Notes under the pieces: model-generated | The model's database searches: none | Told to the model about the DNA's origin: nothing | Seen by the model: the letters and a program-made list of their open reading frames with translations, nothing else | Shown: positions 1-9,877 of the stretch, piece by piece | How positions within the stretch are numbered: the first letter of the stretch is position 1 | Layout of the letters: the number at the start of each line of letters is the position of its first letter | Translations under genes and position numbers: made by a program | Sequence record: DRR723986_28180 | DNA length: 38,812 bases | Direction: 5' to 3' (one strand)

Positions 1-35
1 CTTGGTTCTTGGTTCTAAGTTCTTGACTCTAAAAT
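1..35. repeat. Degenerate 7-bp tandem repeat (CTTGGTT-like), truncated by window start
   Basis: Five phased heptamers: CTTGGTT CTTGGTT CTAAGTT CTTGACT CTAAAAT. They lie directly after the stop of the minus-strand gene at 36. Confidence 0.75.
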
Positions 36-1358
36 CTAAACCCCCAATCGCTCGCGATAGATAAACTTCTTCTGAATGGACTCGTAAGGCCGGTAGATAT
101 AATAAATCTCACCATCAATTAACTGAACGCCTTCTACATATTTATAAAACAACCTGAACGACTTTTTGATATGTCCAGAGGTTTGATCAATTTCGCTCAA
201 ATAGGTAAATCCTCTTTTTTCAAAAACGGCATAAACCTTTCCATTGGCTTTATCCTGAATCAAAGGCTGTTCCCAGCCAGATTTTCTGTCGTTAAGATGA
301 TATGAAATTCTAGCGCTATCAATAAACCCTTCTTCCGGCGTATAGCGATACATTTTATTCACGTAATGATCAAAAACAATTAAGCTGTCCTCTCCTACTT
401 TAAATAACGGCGCATAGAGCGGTGTATAATAAATAGAATTGGTAAAAACGGTAGCTCCAACCCAGATCTCCTTATCTATTCCAGTTTCGATTTGCTTTTG
501 ATGCGCCCACAATTTAGTTCGTACATCTACATACTTATATTCTGCACGATAAAACTCCATCATAAGGGTATCCTCAATTTCTAGAATTACTTTGTAGGTC
601 GAGTCTTTTCTATTGAATTCATAATAATCGAATGCTGGGTAGATATCTGAGTAATTAGAAAAGTAAATATTGTCTTGAATGGTGTCGATTACGGGCGCCG
701 TATATTTGAAATAATAATCTCTATCTTCCAAATTAACGCGGAATTCGTCTCCTTTAATCCCAATTAAAAAAACACGTTCCTCACATAATAAGTGTACTTG
801 CCCTCTAAAATCCTTCGTCAATTCTACAGCATCACCTGCAACATAATATTTATCAACTTCCTCTAAATCTTCATTCATTAAACGAAGAATGCTGCCTTTC
901 GCTAAAGTTTTTTCATAAGTCAATAGCACTATCCTATTTTCACTGATAAATTCAAAATCTTGGATACTATACTCATCACTTCCAATCAAAGTATCAGGCG
1001 TATTAGGCGTCACCACTATAAGGTTGGTTGTTTTATCAGGCATCACCACTTCAAGCTCCATTTTATAGCCATTTTTAACTGCTTTTTTCTCAAAACGTTT
1101 GCCTAATTCAATCGCAAAAGGGTCAAAAGCTATTGATCTAAAAAACAGGCTATCCTTTGAACCCAAATCATATTCAACAGCATACAATCCATCTCTTCCG
1201 GTTCTAAAAGTCGGCTTTTTATCCTTATCAAAATAGATAGAAACGTTGGGTACCGGATCACCGTCAACATCAGTGATAACTCCTGATATTTTAACGGTTT
1301 GTGCCTCAGAATTCAGGGCACTAAAAAATAATATGAGTATGAAAAAGCGCTGTAGCAT
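36..1358 (-). CDS. Secreted protein with N-terminal carboxypeptidase-regulatory-like domain and beta-rich C-terminus
   Basis: ORF 36..1385, likely start ATG 1358 (MLQRFFILILFFSALNSEA|Q signal peptide). ISGVITDVDGDPVPNVSI..T..DG.Y is the typical CarboxypepD_reg-like pattern. Confidence 0.7.
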   Translation of the reverse strand: MLQRFFILILFFSALNSEAQTVKISGVITDVDGDPVPNVSIYFDKDKKPTFRTGRDGLYAVEYDLGSKDSLFFRSIAFDPFAIELGKRFEKKAVKNGYKMELEVVMPDKTTNLIVVTPNTPDTLIGSDEYSIQDFEFISENRIVLLTYEKTLAKGSILRLMNEDLEEVDKYYVAGDAVELTKDFRGQVHLLCEERVFLIGIKGDEFRVNLEDRDYYFKYTAPVIDTIQDNIYFSNYSDIYPAFDYYEFNRKDSTYKVILEIEDTLMMEFYRAEYKYVDVRTKLWAHQKQIETGIDKEIWVGATVFTNSIYYTPLYAPLFKVGEDSLIVFDHYVNKMYRYTPEEGFIDSARISYHLNDRKSGWEQPLIQDKANGKVYAVFEKRGFTYLSEIDQTSGHIKKSFRLFYKYVEGVQLIDGEIYYIYRPYESIQKKFIYRERLGV

Positions 1359-1443
1359 AATGTGTGTTGTTAGAAGTATCCTCATAACATAGATGCATCA
1401 TCTAAAAGTATTCCATAAATCTTTTTGTTCTATTTTTATCGCA

Positions 1444-2388
1444 GTGCGAACTTTTGTCCAAGATATAAAAAACTACTTCAAGCAAGATTTTAGCTGGGCT
1501 GCTCATATCAGCATTTTTCTTTTTTTGACGGTTTGCGTTTTGCTCAACTACACCATAAAATTAGGTGACGAAGACTATTTCTATGATGAAATGCTCAATG
1601 TCAATTATCGCAGTCTAGAATCTATCCTTTACCTTTTTCTGTTTTATTCTTTTGCCTTTATTGGAAGTATATGTGTGCTGAGCTTAAGTACTAAAAACTC
1701 CAAATTATGGAACAAAAAGTACATTTTCTTCGGATTGTTAGGCTTGGCATTCTTGTCTTTGGACTCAAGCTATTATTTGATGAAGTTTGTCAAGCATTAT
1801 TTACCAACTGATTGGTTTGTTCATCAATGGGCACATCATTGCGTTAGTAATCTATCCTCCTTTGTAACAGTTATCATCCCATTATATATTGCTTACTTCC
1901 TTACCAAGACGTTCAAACCTGAACTGTTCGGTTTTACCCTAAACGGCGCTAAAATCAAGCCCTATTTTTGGTTAATACTGTGCATGATTCCTTTAATTTA
2001 TCTGGCATCTTTTAGACCTGATTTTTTAGAAACCTACCCTACATATGTAGATCGCTATGAATACAAGTTCTTGGAAATGGAACAATGGCAAACCGTTGGC
2101 ATTTATGAATTGTGTTATGGCTTTGATTTTGTTTCGGTAGAATTGTTTTTTAGGGGATTTTTAGTGGTAGGCTTATCTAGAATTGTAGGTAAAGAAGCCA
2201 TCTTGCCTATGATCACGATATATTGTTTTTTGCATTTCGGAAAACCAGCTGGAGAAGCCATCAGTTCAATTTTTGGCGGCTATATTTTGGGGATTCTTGC
2301 CTATACCTCTCGTAACATATATGGAGGACTTATCGCCCACCTTGGAGTGGCATGGGGCATGGAGTATCTTGCCTATCTTCAATCATAG
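1444..2388 (+). CDS. CPBP (CAAX/Abi) family intramembrane glutamic endopeptidase
   Basis: Multi-TM protein with ELFFRG, FLHFGKP and AHLGVAW motifs. ORF is open from 1393; GTG 1444 is the more plausible start. Confidence 0.8.
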   Translation: MRTFVQDIKNYFKQDFSWAAHISIFLFLTVCVLLNYTIKLGDEDYFYDEMLNVNYRSLESILYLFLFYSFAFIGSICVLSLSTKNSKLWNKKYIFFGLLGLAFLSLDSSYYLMKFVKHYLPTDWFVHQWAHHCVSNLSSFVTVIIPLYIAYFLTKTFKPELFGFTLNGAKIKPYFWLILCMIPLIYLASFRPDFLETYPTYVDRYEYKFLEMEQWQTVGIYELCYGFDFVSVELFFRGFLVVGLSRIVGKEAILPMITIYCFLHFGKPAGEAISSIFGGYILGILAYTSRNIYGGLIAHLGVAWGMEYLAYLQS

Positions 2389-2484
2389 CACCAAACCATT
2401 TTCAAACTTATAACGTTTGTATTGTTGAAAGCTTTTAATGTTAAGTTAACAATATTAGTTTTTTTAAATCGTATATTTAGACAA

Positions 2485-2871
2485 GTGATAACTGCATTAA
2501 CATATGGCGTCAAGATAAGCGTAGAGAGCATCTATCGTAAAGATCTTTCAAATGCTGAGAATGGTTTGTACTTTTTTAATTACAGAATTGTAATAGAAAA
2601 TACCAACGATTTTGACATCCAATTAAAAACAAGATATTGGTTTATCTTCGATTCATTGAATCCGGCTCGAGAAGTTGAAGGAGACGGGATTGTAGGTGAA
2701 CAACCGGTTCTTGAACCAGGCAGAAAACACGTTTATGTATCAGGTTGTGACTTACACTCAGAAATTGGATACATGCGCGGTCACTATGTATTCGAAAAAG
2801 TAGGTACGACAGAAACTTTTGAAGTTGCCGTTCCGAGATTTGATTTGGTGACACGACCAAAGTTAAACTAA
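2485..2871 (+). CDS. apaG: ApaG family protein
   Basis: YFFNYRIVIEN, QLKTRYWFI, EVEGDGIVGEQPVLEPG and GYMRGHY are canonical ApaG motifs. GTG 2485 gives a typical ~128-aa length; ORF is open from 2422. Confidence 0.93.
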   Translation: MITALTYGVKISVESIYRKDLSNAENGLYFFNYRIVIENTNDFDIQLKTRYWFIFDSLNPAREVEGDGIVGEQPVLEPGRKHVYVSGCDLHSEIGYMRGHYVFEKVGTTETFEVAVPRFDLVTRPKLN

Positions 2872-3036
2872 AACAGCTGTAATCTTCCTATAATATTCAA
2901 GCGATTTCCTCGATTTTAAGAGAACAAAGAATCTGGAATTCAATTTTCCGAAACCTTAAGAACAACCATTCTGCGCCTTAGTGAAATTTGATTATTTTTG
3001 TCATTCAATTTATTGAGATAAAAATCTAAATCAACT

Positions 3037-4665
3037 ATGCCAAACGCAATCTATAATGTTCCAACACCAGTTAACGAGCCGGTGAAGGGGTATGCCCCAA
3101 ATTCAAAAGAAAGAGAAAGTTTATTGAACAAGTACAAGGCTATGAGAAGCCAAGAACCAATTGATGTTCCAATGTATATCGGAAATCAAGAAGTGCGTAC
3201 TAACAATAAAGTTAAAATGTCACCACCTCATGATCATCAACATGTATTGGGGCATTTTAATATGGGAGATGCAAGTCACGTGCAAGCGGCAATTGATGCT
3301 GCAATGGCGGCAAGAAAAGAATGGGCAGCACTACCTTGGGAACAAAGAGCTGCGATATTTTTAAAAGCGGCTGACTTATTAGAAGGTCCTTTTAGAGATA
3401 AAATGAATGCTTCTACCATGCTAGCGCAATCAAAAAACGCTATGCAGGCCGAAATTGACGCAGCTTGTGAGTTGATTGACTTCTTTAGATTCAACGTTGC
3501 TTATATGCAACAAATATATACTGACCAGCCAGGATCAAACCCGGGAATGTGGAACAGATTAGAATACAGAGGACTTGAAGGATTCGTATTTGCGATTTCT
3601 CCATTCAATTTTACATCTATTTGCGCAAATTTATGCGCTGCTCCTGCAATGATGGGTAACGTAGTTGTATGGAAACCGGCAGATTCTCAAGTGTATTCTG
3701 CGCAGGTAATTATGGAATTATTTAAAGAAGCTGGAGTACCAGATGGTGTAATCAACATGATTACAGTAGACGGACCAGTTGCTGGTGACGTAATTTTTAA
3801 AGATCCAAATTTCGCAGGATTACACTTTACAGGTTCTACTGGCGTATTCAGACACTTATGGCAAGAAATTGGTAATAACATAGCTGGATACAAGACTTAT
3901 CCTAGAATTGTTGGAGAAACAGGAGGAAAAGATTTTATCATTGCGCATAAATCAGCCGTTGCAAAACAAGTTGCTGTAGGAATTTCAAGAGGAGCTTTTG
4001 AATTCCAAGGTCAAAAATGTTCTGCTGCCTCAAGAGCTTACTTGCCGTCTAACATTGCAGATGAGATCTTGAATTATGTGGTTGAAGATGTGAAATCATT
4101 TAAAATGGGATCACCTAAAGAGTTTGAAAACTTCATCAATGCAGTGATTGACGAAAGAGCATTTGACAAAATTGCTGCTTTCATTGATTATGCTAAAGAA
4201 GCTTCAGATGCCGAAATTTTAGTAGGTGGAACTTATGACAAATCAGAAGGATATTTCATTTCACCTACTGTGATCAAAACAAGTAACCCAAAATTCAAAA
4301 CCATGTGTGAAGAAATTTTTGGGCCAGTTATCACAGTTTATGTTTATCCTGAAAACGAGTGGAATGAGACCTTGGAGCTATTAGATTCAACTTCTGAATA
4401 CGCATTAACAGGTGCTGTTTTCTCTAGAGATAGATACGCGATTAACCACGCTTCTAAAGTATTAGAAAATGCAGCAGGTAACTTCTACATCAACGATAAA
4501 CCAACAGGTGCTGTAGTTGGACAACAACCTTTTGGAGGATCTAGAGGATCAGGAACCAATGACAAGGCTGGTTCATACATGAACTTGTTGAGATGGGTTT
4601 CTCCTAGAACTATTAAGGAAACTTTTGCTCCGGCTGAAGACTACAGATATCCATTTTTAGGATAA
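3037..4665 (+). CDS. pruA: 1-pyrroline-5-carboxylate (L-glutamate gamma-semialdehyde) dehydrogenase
   Basis: ALDH motifs AISPFNF, FTGST, GETGGK, GQKCSA (catalytic Cys) and EEIFGP, plus P5CDH-specific NDKPTGAVVGQQPFGGSRGSGTNDKAG. Confidence 0.95.
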   Translation: MPNAIYNVPTPVNEPVKGYAPNSKERESLLNKYKAMRSQEPIDVPMYIGNQEVRTNNKVKMSPPHDHQHVLGHFNMGDASHVQAAIDAAMAARKEWAALPWEQRAAIFLKAADLLEGPFRDKMNASTMLAQSKNAMQAEIDAACELIDFFRFNVAYMQQIYTDQPGSNPGMWNRLEYRGLEGFVFAISPFNFTSICANLCAAPAMMGNVVVWKPADSQVYSAQVIMELFKEAGVPDGVINMITVDGPVAGDVIFKDPNFAGLHFTGSTGVFRHLWQEIGNNIAGYKTYPRIVGETGGKDFIIAHKSAVAKQVAVGISRGAFEFQGQKCSAASRAYLPSNIADEILNYVVEDVKSFKMGSPKEFENFINAVIDERAFDKIAAFIDYAKEASDAEILVGGTYDKSEGYFISPTVIKTSNPKFKTMCEEIFGPVITVYVYPENEWNETLELLDSTSEYALTGAVFSRDRYAINHASKVLENAAGNFYINDKPTGAVVGQQPFGGSRGSGTNDKAGSYMNLLRWVSPRTIKETFAPAEDYRYPFLG

Positions 4666-4687
4666 AACGCAGTTGAACAATAACATT

Positions 4688-4720
4688 AAACGTCTCTATT
4701 TTTTAGAGACGTTTTTTTTT
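4688..4720 (+). terminator. Rho-independent terminator after pruA
   Basis: AAACGTCTCTA-loop-TAGAGACGTTT followed by a T-run. Confidence 0.85.
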
Positions 4721-4786
4721 CCAACTGATGCGAAAAATGGTAAAAATTGGATTTTAAATAAAGTTCACAACAATATAAATGTGGAT

Positions 4787-4825
4787 AAAAACGTCTTCAT
4801 GCTTAAATGCTGGGGACGTTTTTTT
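4787..4825 (+). terminator. Second terminator-like hairpin upstream of the acyltransferase operon
   Basis: AAAAACGTCTTCA...TGGGGACGTTTTTTT, a stem with G-U pairs followed by T7. Confidence 0.5.
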
Positions 4826-4846
4826 GTAATTTCACATCCTCAAAAC

Positions 4847-5665
4847 ATGACTGACGAAGAGAAAATAATTGACATCAAACGACTCATTGAGAGTAAAAAT
4901 GCGACTGCAGCCAAATGGATCCCTGGCTTTGTCATCAATTATTTAAAAAAAACTCTTCATGAAGATGATGTCAACAAGAGTTTGAGAGATAATAAAGGTG
5001 CACAGGCCATTGAATTTTCTGATTACGTAATTGAAAAATTCAACATGAAAGTGCAAACACATGGCATTGAAAACGTCCCCAAAACTGGCGGAGTAATTCT
5101 TGCCATGAATCATCCATTAGGCGGAACAGATGCCATGGCCATGGTGACAGAATTTAAGCATGTGCGTACAGATTTTAAATTCGTGGTCAATGATATCCTA
5201 ATGAACATTGATAATTTGAAGGATATTTTTGTCGGCGTAAATAAACACGGTACCAATTCAAAAGAATCCTTAAAAATTCTGAATGATTTATTCGCCTCAG
5301 ACCAAGCTGTATTTGTGTTTCCAGCAGGATTGGTCAGCAGAAAGAAAAACGGAAAGGTACGTGATTTAGAATGGAAAAAAACGTTTATAACACGCTCTAG
5401 AAAGTTTAAACGAGATATCATCCCTGTTTATATTGATGGAGAATTGAGTAATTCATTTTACAGATTATCCAATCTAAGAACTAAATTAGGTATCAAGGCA
5501 AACATAGAAATGTTGTATCTTGTAGATGAACTTTACAAACAAGAAAACAAGGAATTGGATATTATTTTTGGAAAGCCAATACCGCATACTACTTTTACTA
5601 ACGAAAAAAAGGACCTTGAATGGGCTCAATGGGTCAAAGACAAGGTTTACCAATTGAAAAAATAA
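4847..5665 (+). CDS. PlsC-like acyltransferase (probable amino-lipid O-acyltransferase)
   Basis: NHPLGGTD (HxxxxD) and VFPAGLVSR motifs. Start ATG 4847; the longer ORF runs through the terminator. Confidence 0.85.
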   Translation: MTDEEKIIDIKRLIESKNATAAKWIPGFVINYLKKTLHEDDVNKSLRDNKGAQAIEFSDYVIEKFNMKVQTHGIENVPKTGGVILAMNHPLGGTDAMAMVTEFKHVRTDFKFVVNDILMNIDNLKDIFVGVNKHGTNSKESLKILNDLFASDQAVFVFPAGLVSRKKNGKVRDLEWKKTFITRSRKFKRDIIPVYIDGELSNSFYRLSNLRTKLGIKANIEMLYLVDELYKQENKELDIIFGKPIPHTTFTNEKKDLEWAQWVKDKVYQLKK

Positions 5666-5667
5666 AC

Positions 5668-6597
5668 ATGTCGAGTAAAGATATTTCACATATTATCGAT
5701 CCTATTGACAGAGAAATTCTTAAGTCAGAATTAACTCCTGACAAATTAGTCCGGAAAACCAATAAATTGGACAACCTGGTTTATATCATCAATCATCACA
5801 ACTCACCCAACGTGATGCGTGAAATTGGTCGATTAAGGGAATTGACATTTACATTAGCTGGTGGAGGAACTGGCCAAGAAGTAGATATTGATGATAAAGA
5901 CACGGCTGAGAACTGTTACCAGCAATTAATTGTGTACAGCCCTGAAGATGATGAAATTACTGGCGGTTATCGATTCTTTGATTGCGCAAAGTCAACCGAT
6001 CCTAATCAAAAAGAATTATCTACTGCACATTACTTTAATTTTTCAGATCAGTTCATACAAAATTACTTGCCCTACTCTATTGAATTGGGAAGATCTTGGG
6101 TGAACCCAAAGTTTCAGCCATCTGTTAATCCAAGAAAAGGATTGTTTGCTTTAGATAATTTATGGGACGGCTTAGGTGGAATTGTGGTTAAACATCCACA
6201 TATGAAGTATTTTTTCGGAAAAGTCACCATGTACACTTCGTTTGAAGAACAGGCAAAGCGCGCTGTATTAGGCTTTATGAAAACATATTTTCCTGATAAA
6301 GAAAAACTGGCTTGGCCAAAACAAGCCATTTATACTACAGTAGAACAACATGAAATTGTGGACCTAGTAAAAGGCTTAGACTTTAAAGAAGGATTAAAAG
6401 TATTGCAAAAATATTGTCGTGAAAGAGGTGAAAACGTTCCACCACTGATCAATAACTACATGCAATTATCTCCTACAATGAAATCTTTCGGAACGGCTCC
6501 AAATAAGGACTTTGGAGGTGTTGAAGAAACTGGTATTTTAGTTTCTTTGGCCGACATTTTTGACTTTAAAAAAGAGCGCCACCTACAAGGATTGTAG
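5668..6597 (+). CDS. GNAT-fold N-acyltransferase (OlsB/GlsB-like, amino-lipid synthesis)
   Basis: EIGRLRELTF, GGYR, IELGRSWV, YFFGKVTMY and PPLINNY motifs. Lies 2 nt after the acyltransferase gene. Confidence 0.8.
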   Translation: MSSKDISHIIDPIDREILKSELTPDKLVRKTNKLDNLVYIINHHNSPNVMREIGRLRELTFTLAGGGTGQEVDIDDKDTAENCYQQLIVYSPEDDEITGGYRFFDCAKSTDPNQKELSTAHYFNFSDQFIQNYLPYSIELGRSWVNPKFQPSVNPRKGLFALDNLWDGLGGIVVKHPHMKYFFGKVTMYTSFEEQAKRAVLGFMKTYFPDKEKLAWPKQAIYTTVEQHEIVDLVKGLDFKEGLKVLQKYCRERGENVPPLINNYMQLSPTMKSFGTAPNKDFGGVEETGILVSLADIFDFKKERHLQGL

Positions 6598-6683
6598 TTT
6601 TCAACACACAAACGGTAAATCTCATTGAGTAAATGGTAAGCTTTAGCCCGTTTTATTTCCTATTTTTGTAGCAAAATTATTAC

Positions 6684-7754
6684 ATGCGTAAATTATTTAG
6701 TTTTTTAGCAATCGCTATTGGTCTTTCAAGTATCACTTCTTGCGAAACTGATTTTAGCCTGAACGGGAATTATGAAACTCAACCAGTAGTTTTTGGTTTA
6801 TTAGATAACACTGATGATGTTCATTACATTAAAGTCACAAAAGCATTCTTAGGTGATGGAGACAACTTAGTTTACGCTCAAAATCCTGATTCTAATTATT
6901 TTGCTTTTGTTGCTGGGACTGTATCTGAATATGACAGTGAAGGAGAAGCTACGGGAAGAGTTTGGAATTTAAGAGATACAGTTATCACTAACAAAGATTC
7001 AGATGGAATTTTTTACGGGCCTGAGCAAAAAGTCTATGTATTTTATGAAAGCAATTTAGATTCAACAATGACTTATGATTTATTTATTGATATCAATAAT
7101 GGTGGACATGAAGTTACAGGTAGAACAGAGTTGATTCCTAAATTTAGAGTATCTGCTTCGTTATTTTTCCCTGGATACACTATTCCTTTCGCTCCTAAAA
7201 CAGTGGATGAAGATAGCGATTACGGTAAATGGAATTTTGAAGTAATTGAAGGCACGAACGCCAGTACGTATAACTATAAATATACCATGCGCTGGACAGA
7301 AGAGTATTTAGATGGGTCGCAAGCTTCTTTTTCTGCCACTCGTGATAATGGATCAGAAACACAACAATCACCTAACTCACCAGGTGCCCAAACAGCAAAT
7401 TTTCAAGGACTAGATTTTTATAACTGGATACCTTCTGTAGTTCAGCCAGATCCGAATGTAGCTAAACGAAAAGTAGACGGTATTGATTTAAGAATATCCG
7501 TAGCACATTATGAGTTTGCCCAATATTTAGCAGTTGGCGAACCGGTAACTGGTATCGCTCAAGTTCAACCTGAATTTACCAATTTGAATGGCGGAAGAGG
7601 TTTATTTTCTTCAAGAATCATTTATGAATTACCAGGTATGTCGTTAGATGCGAACTCAATAGAGCACTTGTGCACTGGTGCAAACGGCAGAACATCTGGA
7701 TTAATTTTTAGATCTACCCTACCACAGCACGCTGGAGAATCGTTTGCTTGGTAA
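6684..7754 (+). CDS. Lipoprotein (DUF4249-like)
   Basis: Lipobox ITSC, PVVFGLLD near the N-terminus and FTNLNGGRGLFSS near the C-terminus. A TATTTTTG -7 element is at 6661-6668. Confidence 0.65.
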   Translation: MRKLFSFLAIAIGLSSITSCETDFSLNGNYETQPVVFGLLDNTDDVHYIKVTKAFLGDGDNLVYAQNPDSNYFAFVAGTVSEYDSEGEATGRVWNLRDTVITNKDSDGIFYGPEQKVYVFYESNLDSTMTYDLFIDINNGGHEVTGRTELIPKFRVSASLFFPGYTIPFAPKTVDEDSDYGKWNFEVIEGTNASTYNYKYTMRWTEEYLDGSQASFSATRDNGSETQQSPNSPGAQTANFQGLDFYNWIPSVVQPDPNVAKRKVDGIDLRISVAHYEFAQYLAVGEPVTGIAQVQPEFTNLNGGRGLFSSRIIYELPGMSLDANSIEHLCTGANGRTSGLIFRSTLPQHAGESFAW

Positions 7755-7760
7755 ACCATC

Positions 7761-8498
7761 ATGAGAACTTATAGTTTGCTATTTCTTTTGACAGGGATTT
7801 TTTCTTGTTCGTCAAATGAAAAAGCTGAAAATGCCGAATCCGTTGCTCCGGTAGAATTTTACGAATTTGAAGACGGTCCAGGTTTAAATGTTGCTTTCCT
7901 TATAATGGATGGCACCTACAATACTGAATTCACAGCACCTTGGGATATTTTTCACCACACTCGTTTTAGAGAAGGGATAGCGCCCATGGATTTATTTACC
8001 GTAGCAAAATCAACCGATCCGATCACTACCTTTGAAGGCATCAGCATAACTCCTGATTTCAGTTATCAAAATCCTTATAGCCCTAACATAGATATTTTAG
8101 TAATCCCAAGTGCCGAGCATCATTTAGATTCAGATTTAGAAGATGAGGCCCTGATTAACTTTATCATTGAAGCAGATGGGTATACGCAATACATGACCTC
8201 ACATTGTGATGGGGCGTTTTTGTTGGCTGAAGCAGGACTTTTAGACCAAAAACACTGCACCACTTTTCCAGGAGATATCGCCGAGATGAAAAATCGCTAC
8301 GCTGCTCCAATTATTCATGACTCAGTTTTATTTGTGCATGATGGCAAATACATCACATCAGCCGGCGGTGCAAAGTCTTTTGAAGCCGCATTGTACCTCT
8401 GCGAAATCCTTTATGGAAAAGAAAATGCCGAGCAAATTGCTGAAGGCATGGTGATTGATTGGGATTTAGAAACACTTGATTATTTGGTAATTGAGTAA
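7761..8498 (+). CDS. DJ-1/PfpI family lipoprotein
   Basis: Lipobox IFSC, conserved E in YNTEF, nucleophile SHCDGAFLLA, and DGKYITSAG. Confidence 0.85.
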   Translation: MRTYSLLFLLTGIFSCSSNEKAENAESVAPVEFYEFEDGPGLNVAFLIMDGTYNTEFTAPWDIFHHTRFREGIAPMDLFTVAKSTDPITTFEGISITPDFSYQNPYSPNIDILVIPSAEHHLDSDLEDEALINFIIEADGYTQYMTSHCDGAFLLAEAGLLDQKHCTTFPGDIAEMKNRYAAPIIHDSVLFVHDGKYITSAGGAKSFEAALYLCEILYGKENAEQIAEGMVIDWDLETLDYLVIE

Positions 8499-8558
8499 AA
8501 TCCTCTTTTGTCATTCAAGACAATCAATCAGAATAATTTTCAAGGCCTAATCAAACAT

Positions 8559-8589
8559 AAAAAAGGCTCTTCATTTCTGAAGAGCCTTT
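8559..8589 (-). terminator. Rho-independent (probably bidirectional) terminator between convergent genes
   Basis: Perfect 12-bp stem AAAGGCTCTTCA-tttc-TGAAGAGCCTTT, with an A-run on the left (U-tract on the minus strand). Confidence 0.85.
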
Positions 8590-8611
8590 AATATCTTGAA
8601 TATATCAAATC

Positions 8612-9289
8612 CTAGAAGTTAGGTTTTAATTTATTTGATTCATAGAAATCATTGATGTGTTTCACTGCTTCAGCGGGATCATCTGTCATGATTAAATACC
8701 CCATATCATCTGGAGAGATATTCCCTTCCTTATTCAACATGGTTTCTTCAACCCATTTTACCAATCCTGACCAATAAGCAGTACCGAACAAAACAACAGG
8801 TCTTCTTTCAATTTTCTTGGTCTGCATCAAGGTGATTGCTTCAAACAACTCATCCAGGGTCCCAAATCCACCAGGAAAAGTAATAAATCCTTGGGAGTAT
8901 TTGACGAACTGAACCTTTCTAACAAAGAAATAATCAAAATCTACCGGATGGTTCACCCAGTCATTACAAGACTGCTCAAAAGGCAGAACAATATTTAATC
9001 CTACCGAAATACCTTCAGCCTCATCAGCTCCCTTGTTACCTGCTTCCATAATTCCAGGTCCTCCACCGGTAATTACACCATATCCTGATTCAACCAATAA
9101 TCTTGAACATTCAACCGCTTGCTGATAATAGGGGTTATCTGTTTTTGTTCTTGCAGATCCAAACACTGAAACGCATGGACCGATTTGAGCCATTTTTTCA
9201 TATCCTTCAACAAATTCAGACATGATTTTAAAAATCGCCCAACTGTCGTTTGTTTTTATTTCATTCCAATTCTTATGTTCTAACGCCAT
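8612..9289 (-). CDS. LOG family (TIGR00730) nucleotide phosphoribohydrolase
   Basis: SVFGSART, ITGGGPGIMEA, YFFVRK and FPGGFGTLDELFE motifs. Confidence 0.92.
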   Translation of the reverse strand: MALEHKNWNEIKTNDSWAIFKIMSEFVEGYEKMAQIGPCVSVFGSARTKTDNPYYQQAVECSRLLVESGYGVITGGGPGIMEAGNKGADEAEGISVGLNIVLPFEQSCNDWVNHPVDFDYFFVRKVQFVKYSQGFITFPGGFGTLDELFEAITLMQTKKIERRPVVLFGTAYWSGLVKWVEETMLNKEGNISPDDMGYLIMTDDPAEAVKHINDFYESNKLKPNF

Positions 9290-9441
9290 AGTAAGTATGT
9301 TATTTATTTTACCACTTTCTAAAAGAAACCTGAAAGTGCTCGATTTATTTTAAGCAAAATTATTTTGCGGCTGACAAGATAGGTATTTTTTGTTCAATGC
9401 CGCTTAATTAAATGATTAAAGAATTCGGACTATATAAAGAC

Positions 9442-9468
9442 AATTAGGCCCCTGATCGGAGCCTAATT
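9442..9468 (-). terminator. Possible terminator hairpin
   Basis: AATTAGGC...GCCTAATT inverted repeat ~25 nt downstream of the 9494 stop, with a weak U-tract. Confidence 0.4.
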
Positions 9469-9493
9469 CATTTAATTCTTAACTGAACAGTGC

Positions 9494-9832
9494 TTATTCA
9501 AACAAACCTTTCTTATCTGTCTTTTTCCATCCAGCGTTGTATGATGATGATTCGTAATAAATTACAATATCAGCATTGTACTTACTGTCAACAAAGCGTA
9601 TTTTAAAATCTGCATTGTACCGATCAGCCTCTAAATACCATCTCCCCTCGTTGCCTTTGGCACTTGAATATGATGATACTTTGTATACTCGTAAATCAAC
9701 TGAACTGTCATCATAATCTGAAACGTAAACGTCTATTGTTCCACTTCCAGAATATTTATCTACAAACATTGATTGTGCATTTGAACTAAAACCTGCAACA
9801 ATAAGGGCTGTGCCCAAGATTATTTTTTTCAT
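9494..9832 (-). CDS. Small secreted protein (DUF6150-like)
   Basis: Signal peptide ending SNA|Q, internal AD-x-x-(V/I)-(Y/F) repeats and GNEGRWY. Confidence 0.7.
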   Translation of the reverse strand: MKKIILGTALIVAGFSSNAQSMFVDKYSGSGTIDVYVSDYDDSSVDLRVYKVSSYSSAKGNEGRWYLEADRYNADFKIRFVDSKYNADIVIYYESSSYNAGWKKTDKKGLFE

Positions 9833-9877
9833 AATAGAGTTTTTAACAGCTTACAATTTACAAAAAATAAGTTCAAC

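Noticed and set aside
1444-2388. CPBP/Abi protease as bacteriocin immunity or defence gene
   Set aside because: It sits among housekeeping genes, with no bacteriocin precursor or transporter nearby.
4780-4788. Perfect DnaA box (TGTGGATAA), possible oriC
   Set aside because: It is a single box. One such 9-mer is unsurprising by chance in 39 kb of AT-rich DNA, and there is no cluster of boxes.
4673-4846. N-terminal extension of the acyltransferase ORF
   Set aside because: It runs through two terminator hairpins; ATG 4847 is the credible start.
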